DNA of 63,899 nt, filler included, from Reclinomonas americana ATCC 50394 (Eukaryota): NCBI GenBank assembly GCA_048213135.1. It is 11 parts of 5 records of this genome, joined end to end, with 100 filler letters (N's around TTAATTAATTAA, not from the genome) between each part and the next. Parts side by side here need not be neighbours in the genome. Positions count along the whole stretch, not along the records: positions 59,883 to 62,660 come from PS015510.1; positions 62,761 to 63,899 come from PS015559.1; 9 more parts are not named here. One strand, written 5' to 3'. Under the pieces are notes generated by a model. The model was given only the letters and a program-made list of their open reading frames with translations. It was not told the origin of the DNA and made no database searches. Positions 62,030 to 63,899 of the stretch are shown in pieces (the first letter of the stretch is position 1; each line of letters starts with the position of its first letter). A program made the position numbers and the translations under genes.

Positions 62030-62536
62030 CTAGAAGGGAAAGGAGAATGGAGAACAAATGAGGCACACACAAGGAAAGGGGTAGGGAGGACAGAAAATGA
62101 GCGTCACTAACACACACACAAAGAATTGATAGCAGAGAGCGGCGACACTTTCTACGTCTCACTCTCCCTCAACACATGGACGGAGGGACAAGGCAGGCAC
62201 ATACACAAACAGACGCATCATGGGCGTTACTTTCCTGCGTCGCACTCTCTCCTCGCCCCATCACATTTACACATGGCATTGCGGCAACAATGCAGCAGTA
62301 CCGCACTCTCTTTCTTACTCAGCACACGCACATATTAAAACAAATGCACAAAATAGTTGCATTCTGCGAGGCATTGATCTACACCACACTCTCCTCACTC
62401 CCTCCACACACACACACACGCACACAGGGAATCATGCATGCACAAACAGTAGCTTCACGAGCTCACCCACTCCTCTCCCCAATTCCTCTCCTGTGTGTGT
62501 GTCTTTGTCTGTCTCTTTGTGTTCTCTTCGCGCCTT

Positions 62537-62572
<36 letters not shown>

Positions 62573-62884
62573 TGCTGAGTTCCTCTGTGAGCTCTCTTTC
62601 TCTCTTGTAGTCTTCATTTTCTTCTCTTCTCTTCTCTCTCCCTCCCTCCCTCTCTCTCTCNNNNNNNNNNNNNNNNNNNNNNNNNNNNNNNNNNNNNNNN
62701 NNNNTTAATTAATTAANNNNNNNNNNNNNNNNNNNNNNNNNNNNNNNNNNNNNNNNNNNNGTTCTCTCCCACGTGGGAACGACGACTTCAGGCACGACAT
62801 TGAATCGAACACCGTAGGACAAAATCAATCAGCGACACAAAAGCGTGCCAAGTAAGCCGCGACACACAGCACCAGTCACACGCC

Positions 62885-63899
62885 ATGGCCTCCAACATCC
62901 TCGCCAGCACCTTCAGCGACGACGTGGACAGAACTCGCGGTGGCGGCAGCAGCGCGCCTCCGCATCGCAGCAGCAGCAACGGCAGCACTCGCGCTGCCTC
63001 GCACATAACTGCCACCAGCTCCGCTCCCTTCCCGTGGCTGCGCGACAACACCACCGAGTTCCGCCCATGCCGACGCGTGCAGCCACCACTTGCCGAGTAC
63101 CAGAAGCAGTTCAGTCAGCGCAGACACACAACAACAACGGCTGCAAGTGCTTACATACTGACTCTCTCTGTGTGTGTGCACAGTGAGTTCCTGCACTCGA
63201 GCAGCAGTGCCAGTGACGGGTTGCACGCGGGAGAGGGCCTCACATCCACACGCTTCCACCGCGGCTTCCAGCGGCGACCAGTGTCGGTCATTGATCCGTT
63301 TGTGGAGCGGCATCAGCAGGAGGTGCGACAGGCGGAGCGTCGCGAGCGCTTTGACAGTAAGCGACAGGCGGTGCTTGTGCACATGGATCAGTACAATGGG
63401 TTGAATCCGTTCAATGGGGAGACCACGTCGCCGGAGAAGGCGCGACCGGGGTACAAGCCGGGGCGGCGGCATGTGGATGATGCGCTGGCGTCGAGGGTGT
63501 TTGCTCCACCGCCACGCGCAAGGCCTGTGGTGGACCACACAGTTGCGGGGGAGACAGAGAAAGGGAGGAGAGATATCGAAGAAACAGCCACTGACTGACT
63601 GGCAATGTTGCATGCAGTGGCGTGACATGGAGTTCCGCACCCCCGACGAACCCATTGCTGGGGTGCCACTGACTCGCGAACAGCGGGCACTGCGACTGGC
63701 CACCGATGGCCTGGTCGAGACGAGACGACAGGGGTCGGTCAAGGACACGCTGCAGGGCGGTCACTTTGGGTATGAGTTGCCGGCGGGGATGCGGGCACCG
63801 CCTACCAACACGGCGCCGGCCGCGAAACCGCTGCGACCGGCTCGCACCGCTGCGCAGTCGTCGGCACTGCGCACGGCCATGGGTGGATTGCCGAGCATC
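62885..63899 (+). CDS. Hypothetical protein (runs off window end)
   Basis: ATG 62885. Introns 63109-63183 (CA|GTTCAG) and from 63542 (ACA|GTTGCG) to CATGCAG, then open frame WRDMEFRTPDEP... Confidence 0.55.

Larger units (their letters stand above)
9862..62760. other. Assembly gaps with TTAATTAATTAA six-frame stop linker (10 copies)
   Basis: N-run + TTAATTAATTAA + N-run at 9906, 24562, 27323, 28922, 32992, 37390, 52937, 57162, 59827 and 62705. Confidence 0.95.

Noticed and set aside
9906..62716. Recurrent palindromic TTAATTAATTAA
   Set aside because: Always centred in N-runs; it is an assembly linker with stops in all six frames.
2191..63547. Non-canonical TT donors (G|TTGCG) or frameshifted pseudogenes
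   Set aside because: GT-AG boundaries restore conserved residues (e.g. RLTYSAY, NNLYF), whereas the shifted cut gives Cys and non-AG acceptors.
1..63899. Stop-codon reassignment
   Set aside because: No in-frame stops in reconstructed conserved exons, and TAA, TAG and TGA all terminate genes.

Overview
Fragment of a gappy draft scaffold from an intron-dense, GC-rich microbial eukaryote using the standard genetic code; the organism cannot be identified from this window. About 22 genes or gene fragments can be reconstructed by hand across short (~55-90 nt) spliceosomal introns and some long introns inflated by repeats. Recognisable genes: HUS1, RPL10A, Bax inhibitor-1, near-identical-repeat WD40 genes, an IRAK/Pelle-like kinase, TMEM94, NDUFA4/B12D, a Pmp-like beta-helix/Cys-rich multipass receptor, AP-1 mu, an NRF-6/OACYL acyltransferase, a kinesin-8 and a MAP2K tail. 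Several hypothetical proteins are also present. The strongest unusual signal is a second class of 5' splice site. About 30 donors read GT-T-GCG/GAG/ACG/TCG/CAG, which is the normal local donor with one extra T so that the conserved G sits at +6. These almost always follow an exon ending in A, C or T, while exons ending in G use the ordinary GTGCG/GTGAG. Other notable items: tandem duplications seeded at exon/intron junctions and at a gene start, HET-E-like hypervariable WD40 arrays next to a Pelle-like kinase and BI-1, a UBL-UBL-PY-dileucine membrane protein, and several small contigs placed in inverted orientation. No rRNA, tRNA, CRISPR array or transposase was recognised. All gene models are manual and lack RNA support.
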